Assembly (NCBI GenBank): GCA_002633005.1
Contig: NMRA01000017.1
Coordinates: 1,777,808 to 1,841,807, forward strand
Length of the DNA stretch: 64,000 nt
Source of the DNA: Phoronis australis
Lineage: Eukaryota; Animalia; Phoronida
Reading direction: 5' to 3'
Under the pieces are notes generated by a model. That model made no database searches. It saw only the letters and a list, made by a program, of their open reading frames with translations, and was not told where the DNA came from. The position numbers and the translations under genes were made by a program. Position 1 is the first letter of the stretch; each line of letters starts with the position of its first letter. Below, piece by piece: positions 38,480-52,776 of this stretch.

Positions 38480-38940
38480 AACAAGTTCTAAAACATAGCG
38501 ATCGTTAGTGTTAGTGTCTTTATCATACAAATTCGCAAAATGAAATCCATGGCCATCATCGGCACCGATATCACAAATAAAATATACATTGTTGTCGAAA
38601 AGCTATCGACGAAGGTTCCTGAAGTTTTCTGGTCTGAGTTGTCCATCCCTTCGTATTTCTATCGAGAAAGTCTCACAAGTGGTCAGGAAGCGGTGGCACG
38701 CCGTACGAGTCAAAATATTTTCGTTTTTCCATCCTCGGTTAGAAAAATAGCCACTAAGTGTGTTCCAGGTTTGTAGTTAGGATCGTTGTGACAAACGTGA
38801 GCATTTGGATTTGAAAGGACACCTAGGTTACACAATTCATCACTCGCAAGACAAACGCTAAAGGACTGTCCGACATGATCATTTGACTTTTCGTCCGAAA
38901 AACGGCAAGTGTCTCTCTGGAATATTACCAAGTTCAAAAT
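38480..38940 (-). pseudogene. Polinton/Maverick adenain-like cysteine protease remnant
   Basis: 'ASDEL...HNDPNYKPGTHLVAIFLTEDGKTKIF' then a frameshift to 'DSYG-PP', and 'QQCIFYL'. This matches the NTD..PG.HW.A..FDS.G / CG.YC pattern. Confidence 0.75.
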
Positions 38941-39099
38941 TCTCCTCGGGTGCGTCTGTTTCGCTGGAACTCATCCTCGTGAATGAGAGTAATGGTGTGA
39001 GTATCAAATGCTAGAGCTGACAAAGTGACGCCCATTAACCCACAAATTGAAGGAGTCGGAATATCACGCCCACATAACGAAAAAATTCAGTCCGCTTTT

Positions 39100-39930
39100 T
39101 TTCTTAGACGGTCTTGATGACGCTCTCCACCTTGTATACATTTCCATTGACTACTCTTTAGAGGTCTTGTTGGTAAAATGTCCGTATTTCTCAGTTTTTT
39201 TTGGTATGCTTAAGACTACTTTATCAATAGTGTAGAATTATTTAGTCTAGTTTGGCAAACATGTTTTCCTGAATGCTTATAACAACCCGGTCACCAGTCT
39301 TAAATTTCGGTCTGGTCTGTTTTCTATACGGTCCGTAACGTGCCTGCCATACTGTCTCTTGATTAGCTCGTGTGCCAGACGAGGGCGTTGTCTTGAAAAA
39401 TCGATGGTATGTGTTGTTGTAGGATCTCACTAGGTCGTGTAATACGTCATCATAACGCAAACTATTTTGAGACGTAAAGAACTTTCACATTTTGTTTTTA
39501 AAAGTGCGATTAAAGCGCTTGGAGAAGCTTGACTTGCTTGGTCTCTCCATTATGGGCAGTAAAGAAGCCGATACCTTCATCTTGGGAAAATTCTGAAATA
39601 AAAGATTCGTAAACTCCGTCCCTTTGTACTTTTACAAGGTCTTGTATTTCCGTCCACTGGCGAAAATATGTTTAAAAGCTCCAACTAAGCGTTTTCCCGT
39701 CTTGTCTTGGAGTGGAACAGCAAATGCATATTTTGAGAGTACGTCCATACAGGTACATGTAAGAATGCACCAGTGACCAACGGTAAGTTTTGCCAACTTG
39801 GATACAACTACAAGGCCTGCCTGGAACTGCTGGTCAATGGGTTTAACAAGAACGAATCGTCTCGTAAAATTTCTAACCAGTGGTTTGGGGCGAACTAAGT
39901 TTCTTGGTTACTAAGCCATCTTTTCACAAT
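39100..39930 (-). pseudogene. Polinton/Maverick rve integrase remnant
   Basis: 'DQQFQAGLV', 'CMDVLSKYAFAVPL..KTG', 'KG-EFTN', 'RFNRTFKNKM', 'RYDDVLHDLVRSYNNTYHR..P', 'PKFKTGDRVVIS..MFAK'. Confidence 0.85.
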
Positions 39931-42135
39931 CCATTAGAGCTCAGATTTTACAATTTCTTGAAACCGTAAGTTTTCAAGTTGTGTATGTGTATATGGCACG
40001 TGCACACTGCCCTACATAAAAACAACATAGAGTAAAGAAGTTGATGTACGTAACACTTTATGGAGCTGACTCACGAAAATGCTAATTTTTCTTGAAGTAG
40101 CAAGTTATTGATTGCAAAAACAACATCCTGTAATTGTAACTACTGGCTTATATTATCAGTATGTAAATGCTGTGAGGTTACTTGAACGCAGAAACTTTCA
40201 GGTTAGTCATGAAGCTTTTCACGGTCTATAATATCTCGGCTTCGCTGAATACTCAACTGATGCTGGGCTGATTGGCGACACTAACAACATGTGAACTCAA
40301 GTGAAATAATGTAAAGACTTGTGTTTTCTTTCTATCGAGGACTATTGCAACTAACCGTTATGCTAGTTAACACTGATCCTTGAGTGGACGTCATCAAAAT
40401 GTGACCAACTTTGCAAAGTTTGGTTTGTACTTTTGCTAAATGCAACTGCATTGCTCCATTAGTCCAATATTGATCACCAGCCAAAGCCATAGCAAGCTCA
40501 GGGAGATAAACGTGTGACAATCCTAGATAGGTTGAGAATGACATAATTGCAATCGTTTGATATTCGGCCAGTGCAAACCTGTCAAAAATCTTAATTGGTT
40601 TCAACAGCCTTTACCCTCCCGTCCAGTAATTATTACATGAGAAACCCTTGTAAATTGGCTTCTTTGTTTGCTCAAATTAATCTAAGACACGTAGTGTACG
40701 AAATAGAGTACGAAGCAGCTAAAATAATAACATTATTCGGTGAAAGACGCCAAGGATTTTCCTAAAGGAATACTGCAATGTCGAAGTGCTACAGTATATT
40801 GGTTTCTGCCAGGCAGTAAAATAGATCTACCTTACCATTCCGATAACTAAGTAGGCCTAAAGTTAGCATTGCTGTAGGTGACCTCGGACATCCATCGATG
40901 ACTTACCTGTCAAGAAAAATCTTTCTTAACTGACAATGAGTAACAGCCATCTGGGGTCGCAGATAATTCCAGAACTTAAGCTGATCAGCAATTAAAACTA
41001 AACGGCCGTAAGAGTCAACTCGAGGACGCTTAGAAAGCCTTTTCAACGGATCACGACCTATCTTATGCCGAACGCCTGTCATTACTTGCTTGGTGTGCGA
41101 AAACTTCAATTTTACGCGCATACGTCAGTATGGAATTAAATGCACATTCCAGAAATCAGGTCAATATTTTGTTCAATGTATTCAATGTAGAGACTTTTGG
41201 TAATTATTGGTCCCGCGAGCACCCATTTTACCCGGCGTCAACGAATTATAGTAACGTCAACGTGATTATTGGAGTGAAGAACTCGCATTTTCTCGGGTAT
41301 TCCAAGTTCACGTAGGCCCATATAGATCTTGAGATGAAGTGAATTTCAAATTTCATATTCGACACCCCGAATCTTCGATTACCACTCCGTCCGGCATCCT
41401 ATTTTCTTGGTGTACCACACCAAAAGCAAAAAAATAAGCGTAAAATGCGTATTAAATTCAGTTCATTTTGAAAATATCGATGTCTTGTCGAAAGAATATG
41501 ATTTGGGCTCAGGTTTCAAATAAAAGTGTTTGGGTAAAGAGCCGTTTCATGAAGATTTTAACAAAAATGAAGCATCACCAAAATGTACATTATAATGACT
41601 TTGCGTTTGTTGCAATAGCAACACTCGGAAAAAAGATAGGTTGACATATAACAATGAAGCCAGGACGATGACATAACATATTTGCTTTCCATTTCTGTCT
41701 GGTCAACATCACACTGCTGTTCTTCTCTTGAGTCAAAACAACATGGTAAGTGCACAAAATTTGTCGTTTTTATAATTGCATCGAGCCAGTTCCAGGGTGG
41801 TTTTACATTAGACCAAGCCATTCACCTCACACAGTTCTAGTGTTTAAAACTTTTTACAAGTAAACGAGAATGCAGCTGGAAAAATATCTACATGTACTAA
41901 GTGTTATACATAACTGATGACACGAATATTCTTGTAGCTATGCATTGGGAAAGAGTTTTTATTGTTCCTGGAAAATTGATTCGCCTTTGGAGAAAGTGAA
42001 TGTAAATTAATGCACTTCATGTGACACCATCCCACAATAGCACACTGGGAAAATGAAGCCATTGACGTACAGTCTAGTTACAAGATGCTGGTTTACTTAT
42101 GCCGCTCATATGTTATACATGAAATGAAAACCTAC

Positions 42136-42423
42136 CTGGAGCTGACTTCATAACCCAGGCGTAATTATAGCCGCCACATTTTTCCGAGGGGTTTGCGAGG
42201 CATGGCAAATTACACAACTGCGATGGCACCAGCGCCAATCCAAAGGGACTTGGTAAGCACCAACAATTGAACATGCCCCACACGGCAGCGAACGGGTACT
42301 CCATTCTGCTACACGCCTCCCGGCATTTCTGATTCGTGTTCAACCCGTCGCCAACGTAGGCAGCCCGCCCCAATGTTGCATTGTTTGCAGGTTCAAGAAT
42401 TCCGTGAAAGCAGTTCGGTAGTT
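42136..42423 (-). CDS. WSC-kringle gene exon: WSC domain 2
   Basis: Acceptor ctcattccag, donor gtaggt, 288 nt, phase 1/1. NCF..TNQKCREACSRMEYPFAAV..NCWC..SQLCNLPCLANPSEKCGG. Confidence 0.88.
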
Positions 42424-43923
42424 CTGGAATGAGATCGTGTTGCTGTCGATCAGCCATAGTATCATTGTTGACTTCACTCTTTGGAGAACTTTGCAAATCG
42501 ACAATTTTTCACACCATAATACAACTACTACAAATACACGTTGTGGAATACTTTTAAACTTCTCATTTAAAACTCAAAATTTGAGGACATGACGACAATC
42601 CGACAAATAAAAAATCAGCGGCTACGTCCTTAGTGATTAACATCCCGTTTTATCAACCTTGCTCCTGTATTATGATAATTCCATCAAAAACGTTTTATGA
42701 CACTGATAGCTATGGTCTAAGTGACGACATCAACGTTGCCTGATATCCCAAACCCATCGTAAAATCGGAAAGGTCCTGGCATCCATAAATCAAATGCTGT
42801 ATTTAAATTTCATATTGATCCGAAAAGAAATGGAGCCACTGTAGAGTTAACAAAAACACACAAGAACACTTACTTCACAACAAATAGAGATTACAATTTT
42901 CATTTCACCACGCACACTTAAACATTTTCTGACAAGACAAAAACATACATAGGAGTATTTCATCTCACCAACTACATGTACAGCAATCGCCACGGTAAGA
43001 TAAACTTACTCGCAAAACTTCTAAAGAAATGAGACCAGCTCCAACGATGACTACGATGACACACCGATGTCGGTATCGGTGACCAAGAAAACGCCTAAGA
43101 AACTGCACCCTGAACTTTTTGAAAGCCGACATTGACGTCGACACTGGAGACGACGTATTCCTGCCCATGCTGACAACGCATATACTATATAAGATCCAAA
43201 AAAACGATCGTCCAAGACCCGCAGACCGAGTAGTGTAACATAGCAGGATGGCCGTTGCGACAACACCAACAACGGTTTAACCATAGCATGTCTCAGAAAT
43301 GACCAATGACGATGGTAATTTCTTGTAGAATAGGTGATGTAGAGTTTTCTGAATATTACTGATAAAATTCACGGTAAAAGTCATACGATAAAAATGGGGA
43401 ATGGGTTGATGATGGCATTTAACATTAAGTAAAATGAAGAATGGTGATATACCGATTGAGACGGGCAGCCAAAAGCAAAATTGTCATCTCAGGTACGATA
43501 TTTGAATACGTTAAATTCCCAACGGGGAGATATGGCACGAGGAGTCATTTAAAACACGGAAAATCAAAAATGTCTCGACATCCTTGAGCCGTACTGTAAA
43601 GTAGACGTCGTATTTAAAAGATCTAGCAACTTATCGCATATTGGAAAATCCATTCTGATACAGCAAAACCAAGACCCGGCATACCAAAATTTTGCCAAAT
43701 ATCCTCTGATGCGCCTTGTTACCTTGAACTTCATTCAAAATAAAGGTCTAAAAGACATTGACAAAGCACACAATGCTTTCCATAAGCCATGGACGTCGGA
43801 CGAGTAATACTACATGTACATGTAGCTTGTAAGCAAAAGACTTTGGCAAAGTGCACACCTTGGAAATTTCATTTCTACAAGAAATGAAAAGGTTTTAGGG
43901 AAAGACACCTTGGGTAACCGTAC

Positions 43924-44095
43924 CAGGATAAATTGGCGTCATTAGGCTTGCAGTTCTGTATCCGCCGCAACGTTGGTATATACGTGATCCACACGTGTAG
44001 TGACACATAAATTCAGATTGAGCATTAGTTTCAAAGTGGAATTCTTCACGGGAAAAACAAGAGCACGTCCTTCCGTTTGTTAAACCCGCCACGTT
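43924..44095 (-). CDS. WSC-kringle gene exon: WSC domain 1, C-terminal half
   Basis: Acceptor tttatttacag, donor gtacgg, phase 0/1. NVAGLTNGRTCSC..MCHYTCGSRIYQRCGG. Confidence 0.85.
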
Positions 44096-44639
44096 CTGTA
44101 AATAAAAGCATGAAGCACATTGGTATTAGCACTTCGCAAGTTTGTGTGTCAAGCCAAATATTCAAAAACTATGGAAAATTTCTCGTTTAGAGATTGTATA
44201 TTTTTAAAAATAATGAAAGTGTATCTAGAACTTACGACAGTGCCACAAGTAACCAGCATTTGCAGCAGTAAGGTACATTTCTACAAGTTGATACCGATAT
44301 ATGAATTCATGTCTATCTTTTTCACGTATAGTGATAATATTATATATAACAGTGAAAATTTTGCACGTGTATATTTACATTCATCTGTAATGTTTCAAAT
44401 CCAGATTTCATGCCTTTGAGTGGTTTCTGGGCTTAACTCTAATTACTGTGACTTGTATTTTTTGTAAAGAGTAAAAGGCAGACTATAATCAATACAAAAC
44501 GGGATACAGAATACTCCCAACTCGTTCAGAACGTCCTTCGTTTTGTTGACTAAGCTATCAACCACAGCCTTACCGAAACTTTCAAGGGTTTACCCTTCAG
44601 AAATCTCGGACATAACTTACTGCAAGAAGGGTCCAGGAG

Positions 44640-44790
44640 ATTTGTAAGAAAGAGAGAATCTTGGTTGGGCTAAACAGTCACGCAGCCAAAATTTCAAAGA
44701 TGGCTGAACGTCGAAGACAGATTCAACGGAAGGCCATCAAGACGAAATCTGGTGTGGACTGGAGCAAATTTAAACATACCCATTTCCTTT
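44640..44790 (+). mobile_element. Small CR1/L2 ORF2 linker fragment
   Basis: 'MAERRRQIQRKAIKTKSGVDWSKFK' resembles the EN-RT linker 'R....RKA.KT....DW..FK'. Confidence 0.35.
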
Positions 44791-47700
44791 TGGAAGGCCT
44801 AAATATAATACCGGAGACATTATACTGAGAATGTGGAAGAAAATATCCTAATTACACTGTGTCCAATGAGAAAATGGTGAGTTAAACAAGCAACAAGCAG
44901 AGAAACTGAATTACCTCTGAGATACATGTACCTTGGCCCATGGCAGTATAAAGGTAAATAACACTGCAGAGGTGTGAGTGGCACCTATTTTATCTGGTCC
45001 ACGATTCTCACCACCTTACAACCTAATTGGTCAAATTTGTTCATTTGCTATGAACAGGATACATCTTGTCGTTTTGCAGAAATTCAGAAGAAATGGAGTC
45101 TACAGTGTACGCGCTATTTTAAAAACATGTTAAAGGTATTCGAGACTTCCCGATTTAAAAAAGCCCAGAAGTGGTTGATTTTTTAAAACAAGTTCTTAAT
45201 TTGACTTTGATGCCTTGGATGACATGACCGTGGTGGTTAGTGCTCTTTGTTTACTTGTTAAATGCAAAATATCCAATCGATTTCGTGGAGTTATCGCTTC
45301 TCAGTCAGAGAGCGTTTAGTTTTATTCTGTTCATCGCCTGACAGGGTTTGTTCGTAGGGCTACAAACTCGTTTCACATATGGTCCTTTAGTCAGGACTTT
45401 GATTGGCGGCTTAACTGACCATTTAGAACTCATCATTCTTGACACACCTTCGTTTCCAACCACCATGTTACCCGACAAACAAAACGTTGCCGGGTCAAAA
45501 ATATTGCTTGTTTGTCGGCATTGCGCAAGGGGGCGGAGCTTGCGATAGGTCAATAAGCCTAACTCCAATTAAAAGAAAGCCATTTCTTTTAGGGAAAATC
45601 AAGTCCACAGAACGGCATCGGGAGACAAGCACTTCCTAATGCCGAATCTTGCATATTCCTGAGTGAGTGGAAATAGTTACATTGACCTATAGAGAGGTTC
45701 TTTCGGCAAAGAAACATCGCCGGTGTTAATGGCTATATACAGTTTCCTAGAAAAATAGCCACTTCTAATAAAATCAAGTCTTTACTGAAGAGTTGAGCCG
45801 TGCATTCTATATCGTGGGCTCGATTAATTGCATTTTTGTTAACGTGGTATTTTGGAAAGTTTTCTTTCGTGTCCAGACTAATTTCCATTGGTTTTTTGAC
45901 GTTGAACTTTTTGAAAATTTAAATGTTCAATTTATCATATTTTCGTTTAGGTTGTGATGGCAATTCAATGAGGATTTACAAGATCAAGAACAGGGATGTG
46001 CTATAAAAGTATCGTTGATTGATGCGGTCGATATCTTATGTCATGACGTTGTTGTCAAATTTGTTTTCGTATGGTGGTAGTGTTTTTTTTTTACAATACC
46101 CCTACATTCGACAGTTGTGTTATCAGTTTTTTGCCGCCCATTATTGACGGCCGCGGTGCCGTCCTGGTGTGCTGAATTATATGAGAGCCCTTTGGGTTTG
46201 ACAGCGTTGCTAAAGGCTACGTATACACGTGTATGCACGTATACTCCTACGCATTTACAAATTTCCAGTTACACAATTCAAAAGTATTATGAACAGTCAC
46301 CCTGCGTAACTTTGCTGTAATTTGAAGCGTTGTGCTTTTTTCCTAGTTTCCATGAAACATTCCCACATAGGGATTCCTCTAAGTTTCCTGAGTGCTTTGT
46401 CTATTTTTACTTTCTACACTCATATATGTATTATTTTCTATAATTTCATCTTTATTTTGAGCTCCTATTTTACTAGTGACATTTTCTAATAATATAAATA
46501 AAAACTGAGCTCTGGATTAAATGAAACTAAATAGGGACTGAGTAGTTAAATTGGGGTATTTCATGAAAAGATTCCTATTTATTTTCGATAATATTAAGAA
46601 TTCCAAATCAATTTCACTCTCCATTTGTATCCAAATCAAAAATGACTCAATAATTAAACTAAAAATATCATAGGAGACAATCGGTGTTATAACAAATACG
46701 TAAAAGAATTGGGGACTGTTTCAAGCAGCTCGGCAAAGGCATCAAGCTACCGCCGGCATAGCAGGGGGACGCGGGAAGGGGCAAGTTCCCCACAATAATT
46801 TTAGGCGATAGGCAGTCTAGTAAACAATCAAAGCTAAACACGAGAAGAGAAAAAATCAGGAGATCTTCTCCCTATTCCCTCAGCGTTTTCTACACATTGA
46901 GGGACCTGAGAAGGCATATGACAGACATCCGTCGGTTTCTTTGTTTTTTTTTCTCAAAATTGACAACATTTGAGAACTCGGCAGAAACACCACTTGTTGT
47001 CAATTCCTATTTTTGAAATTGTTAAGATTTAGTCGTATGTACGGACCCGTTCAATGCAAGAGTTGTTGATGGTATACATACATTCTATTTTGGTTCTTTA
47101 CTATTTTTGCTAACTTCAAATACAGGGCCCACTGAAGACACGAAGGTTGCACAGAGGAGTTCACATATCAATAGATGGGGATCCATTCCAAGAACGTCAG
47201 TGCCCGGTTGCACGAAACAGTGCCAAATAGGGAATTGACTAAGTGCCCTAAATCTACTGCATATTTTTGGACTTGTGAAAACATTGACTGCCTTTTCTTG
47301 TATTGTTTCAAATTCGGAACGAAGACAACTTTTGACTTTGATACAAACAGACAGTGAATTCTACATGTACGTTGAATTGTCGGACTCTTCATGTCGTTGT
47401 CTTTCTATGCCTTCAGACGGAGGGCGTAATCGTCGCCGCTTATCGCCTCCCCTTTCAAACTGCCGTGAAAAGCCGCTTGAGGTGGTAGAGCCGTTTTCCC
47501 TGGTTTACCCAAGTTATCCACGTGCTTGTACGGAAAGAAGCCTTTCTCTTCAGTCGTCTCTTACGCCTAAATTAGGGGTACTAAGAACAACCAGTGTTGC
47601 TAGCTATTACATTGCAACAGGCATCAGGCCACCTGCATCTTTTTTAGCTATTACATTTCCACTTCATTAGCTGAGGCCTACATCAATTCAAAGGGCGTGC

Positions 47701-50062
47701 TGAGTAGGAATCGTAAAAGTTTTCCGGAGCTAAGGGAATCTGAGCGGTGACAAGTGTAAGCGATAAATTCTCCACATGTACATGTACATGTACATGTAAG
47801 ATTCGTCTACAGATCCAATTTCGAATATTGTGAGATGGACACAGACTCGACGTATATGGCCATATCCGGTAATTGCCTAGAGGACGTGATTAAACCAGAC
47901 ATGCAAGCAGCTTTCGAGAGGGAAAAACATTTTTTGATTTATCAAACAGACACGGAAGAAAACGAAGCCTACCATACCCGCAAGCCCGGCTTATTGTAAT
48001 TGGAACTCGAAGGGGACTACTGCGTCGCTCTTTGCTCTGAAACGTATTACGTGGGACGGAAAAAGGTGAATCGCATTTTATTTGTAAAGGACTACAGCGA
48101 CAGAGAAATGAAGTAGACAAGGCGATGTATCTCAAAGTGTTACAGACCAAGAAGAGTAGCTTGGCCCTCAACAAAGAATTTAGGTCAGGCAGCGATAACA
48201 CTTTGTATGACTTCCTGCCGGAGAGGTGCGCGTTTTCCTACTTTCATCCCAAAAGACGACGATGCTGTCACCACTGGACCTTTGACAAATTTAATTGGGG
48301 ACATTTAATAATTTGCTACTAATTATTGACTACTTTTACGGATAATTGTGTTTGAACGTCTTGATGAATTTCTTAGTTAATCCAAATTTATTAGTCATTA
48401 ATACACGTTTAAACAATACAAGTTTTATGTTCTATTTTAGGTGGTCACATCTTATTATTATTATTATTATTATTATTAATTGTTAAGTGCCGTCGGTACC
48501 TGGGTTAGACTTTACGCGGCATCTGTTTTTGATTTGGGTGGCTATCCCCTTATATATCATTTGTAGTGGAATGCACTCACCATTTGTTTTTGATAAATGA
48601 AAACAATTATATATTTTCAACATCGACAAGTGGTGCACGCGAAATAAGGCACCTTGTGCTCTTATTCAACAGCGTAATACCTCTTTTGTTTCACCTCTCG
48701 ATCCGTTGCAAGGACCCGAAAAAACGTTTCACGAAAGCATTGAGGTGCCTCTCTAACGGGTCTAATTAAACCTATTAAGTCATGAGGTGTAACGTCATTG
48801 ACACAACCGTCCGGTAGGCGGATGATGTCCCTTCCCATTGCATCCTTCCCGTGTGACCTTTGACCTTTCATCTCTGATTGATGAATTTTGCCCGAGGAGC
48901 CGCAAAACAGGGCGCCAAAACCTCGTGTCATACTACTGTATGCGGTCTCCTGCTTGGTTCATATACATGTAACATGTACCGCACATCATTGTTGACTTAC
49001 TTATGTTAACCCCTTTGTTAAGGATTGAAATCATGTTCATTTCTTGTCATTATGCTTAAAAACGATGTGTTGTGTCTAAACTGAAATGGTCCTTCATGTT
49101 TGGAACACATGTTTTCACGTTTTCCTTTTAAATTTTACGCTAAAAGGACACGCTGTGTCCTGGACAGTATCAATGTATCGTTATTGAAATGAATGTTTGA
49201 CCTAAGTACGTGGTAACGTATAATAAAAATAACATAGAGATGTGAAGTACAGTTCATAGTCCGTGATGTTTTTTTTTTCTTTCCCGTAATGCATACTTTA
49301 AGAAATTGACTTGTCCTGTTTTATGAGTTAGAATCGATAAGCTGTTCCATAAGTCTGAATTTCTGAACGGTGTTGTTGGACACCTATGCAACAGTTGCAT
49401 TTCGTACTGAACAACATTTTTCATGAAATGCAGTTTTGAACAAGACCACCCAGAAAAAGACATATTAGACATGTGGCCCACTCAGTTTTTCTAATCTTCT
49501 TGCTCTTGACCGCGATTCCTTTTCGCCCTGCTTTTTTGTCCTGCCCGCAGGAGTTGGGGCCATGGTGCAGTTTCCCCGTTTTCACTGCCTCTAAATCGCC
49601 TGAAACACCTAAATCGACAAAACGCCATGGTTAAATACACCTTAAACATACGTTGTTTTGTGGTTGTAGACTCCTTTGTTCGGTGTCACAAAACAGTGTC
49701 ACAGGTAAATAAATCTACTACGTTTTGCGGGCATGTGAAAACAGCTTTTGTCTGTTATTATGATGCTTGGGTCTCATTACTATGTAATTTTGGTGAGAGT
49801 GAGCAGTGCGATAAATTCACAGTATGTTTATTAAAATAAGAATGGCTCTGACAAAACAACGCTCCTAATTTAAGACCAATGAGTAAGGGATCAGATTACA
49901 TGCTTAAAAAAACGTCATAAGTTAGGCAAAGAAAAAAGATGTTTAGGATACTTGATTTAGTCCGTATTTGGAAGTGTTTCACGGAACGGGGCACTTGGCA
50001 TCAGGAATTTACCACTTTAATCGCCTCAATTTGGGCTGTTAGTGTACAACAAGGGTGCTCAC

Positions 50063-50244
50063 CGCGCCTGGTTGTCTTCCACACCCCATTCTGCACGCAG
50101 CATGGTCCGGAAACATATTATTGCGGATGAGTGGTTCCACCGCCGAATCCTGCCAGTAGCTGTAACAGCCTGGAGTAAACAACTCGCCGACATCACCTTT
50201 CTCCGAGTAGCGTAGATGTGGATAGTTATACAAACACTGCATAC
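50063..50244 (-). CDS. WSC-kringle gene exon: end of signal peptide + WSC domain 1, N-terminal half
   Basis: Acceptor aataatccag, donor gtgagc, phase 1/0. ..FTPGCYSYWQD..HAACRMGCGRQPGA joins in frame to NVAGLTNG, completing a WSC domain. Confidence 0.8.
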
Positions 50245-51755
50245 CTGGATTATTCAACAATTAATTACCCCCTGTTCTACTCACGTTTCCTGCACTAGAA
50301 TAAGCAATCAAAAGATCACCTTCAAAACGGAGTCTATAATTGCGCCGAAAGATTTTAGCACTCGGTCAATCACCAACTGTCCCATATCATCCCCCGGGAA
50401 CAAAGAAGTACAAAGCTGACCTAAAGTCCTATACCGTGGCACAGGGGTACAAGGCAGTAATTTCAATAGATTAGGGATATCTTTACTGCAATAAAATAAT
50501 TATTAGCTGAAAGTATTTGAAACCCCGGGGACACAATGTTCTTTGAGATGTTGATTTCTGAAATTGAGTTTCCAGTAAACAATTTACTTCTAGTGAAGAA
50601 AATACAATACGATTATCCAAAACCCAGCAATGGGATTTTATTTGTTGGCAACAGTGCTGATTTGATGCGTGTATACCCTCATTTGTTCATTCAGTTTGGT
50701 AGACATCTGCAGCCGATTTTATCAAGGTGGTTTAACAAAACCAGGTTTAAGACTTAAACCTGGAAACAAAAATACTACTTAGTACATACTTCACAGTAAC
50801 ACTATAGAAAACTTCTCACGTGACAGCCTATGTTGCAAAGCTGCTCCGCTCTAAAGACAACTCGTAGCAATTAAACAAGTAGTGACAGCACAGATATCGA
50901 GACAATCCTATACTTGTGTAACTCAGTCAAATTCTGTTGATTTAGGGTACGCAATGAAGTAGGGCACTTCCTGTCCTACCAGTACCATTTTTTTTTACTG
51001 TTGGACACTAGACCCAGCATTGCTTTAACTATCTGGTGAGTGAAATGATAACTACTCAAACAGCACCAGTAAAGTTTTGGAAAAGGTACTTAATAGTCGT
51101 TTTCTTTTTGTAAGAATCACAATGCAATGTTAAGGTGTACATTGCAACGCATCATCATCTGAAACAACTTGATCACTACCTAATGACATTTCTTACCTAT
51201 ATACCTATCTATTGACTTTCAAATAATGGAACTGGGTTGTAACCAAACCCTGTGTTGTACGCACCCTATTGGCATTTTACACAACCGTGGTCAATTTAGC
51301 CATAGAATTTTATTCGGTGGTTATGATTCAAAAAACAATTTAGGTTATAAACCATTAATGGCGGTACTTTATTGTAAAGCAGCTTTTATAGTTATATGAC
51401 ACTTCTTTTCTCACTAAGTGTCGCTACCGAATATAGACCTTAATTGTGATTTAACCGTAGGGCATACCTCAACGCATAATAGTGGGAATTTGCAGTTATT
51501 GTAAACCAGGAATGATGTTGAAACGCTGTTTATACCAGTAGGCTCAAAACTCAGATCAACATAAAATGGGCTTCTTCTTTAGGTGGTTCTCGACGCCTCT
51601 CCACCGAAATCCTGATCGCCGGGTCGCGGCTCCGTGAACTTCATTATGGCGAGGCTATTTTGAATATCAGATTTTACGCTGGCCATTGTTATTACTCAGC
51701 TAGCTATGACGCAGGCTCTATGCACAAGCACTCCGATTTCCATATTATACATAAC

Positions 51756-52776
51756 CATATATAAGAAACATAAAGGTTGGACACCTAAACTTTGCCAAAC
51801 CGAAGCTCCCAACTTCAACCGTCCAAATTCCAAATAAAATCTGCGTGCACCTCCCTCAGTCTGGTGTTGCATAAACCTTCGAAGCCTTATCTTTCCTAGA
51901 TCCCATTAACTGTCTTCGTGAGTTGTGAATTGGCGATGCAATTTCCAAAATAATCTCAAAACTCAGAATTCAAGGACATGAAATAGTAAACATGGCGGAT
52001 TTCAATTGTGCTTCAACTTGTACTGTACGCCTGAGGTAGGTGAAACTTCGAGTTTGAGCAAGAAACCTATATTTCAAATTCAATAACTCTAACCCAAAAC
52101 TCAACTAATTGAGAATATTAAAGTTAGTATTTTTATTAATGATTATTTGTAACTTTATTCCACTGACGGCTCATTTTAGCCCTTAACTTAGAATTTTATT
52201 GCATAAACTGGCGTATCTTGTTTCTCATCTTGACATCACACACTTTTTGATTGAAGCACAACACACACTCGGCCAGGAAACACAATCCCTGCAAGTATTA
52301 CAATGCGCGTGGCCGACGAGTTAACTCAATGGTTTTGGCCAAAAGTAAAACCTTTATAATAAATCACAGTACACAAAAAACTTCGCATATCAATACAGTA
52401 TCAGGATAATTTATATTTGAGTAATTACAATTATTTGGCAATAAAGTGCTCTCTGCTTCACATGATCAAGTAGTCGATGGATTGACGGCGAAAGCCGCGC
52501 GAAATTAGACTTTCGGATTTAGCTCGGGAGCGTCCGTCAAAACCCGGATGTGCGAAGACCGTCTGTCATGACATCACGGAATTAGGTCCTTGAATTTGTG
52601 ATTTTGGCATTCTTTTGGCATTTTTGTCGCCAAATCACCACTCGAATGCAATTTGAAGAGTTCAAATGAAAGAAGGTGTTCTAAGAGATGTTTGATGCTA
52701 GTTTCCCATGCACATTTGAGTAGAAAATTCTGAGCAAACAGATTTCGAGTGTCCAACCTTTATGTTTTCTTATATG
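51756..52776. mobile_element. MITE-like element with ~27-bp TIRs
   Basis: ATATAAGAAACATAAAGGTTGGACAC (~51759-51784) is the inverse of GTGTCCAACCTTTATGTTTTCTTATAT (52749-52775). TSD unclear. Confidence 0.65.

Noticed and set aside
45225-45250. A-box-like sequence suggesting a tRNA or SINE
   Set aside because: No B-box or cloverleaf follows.
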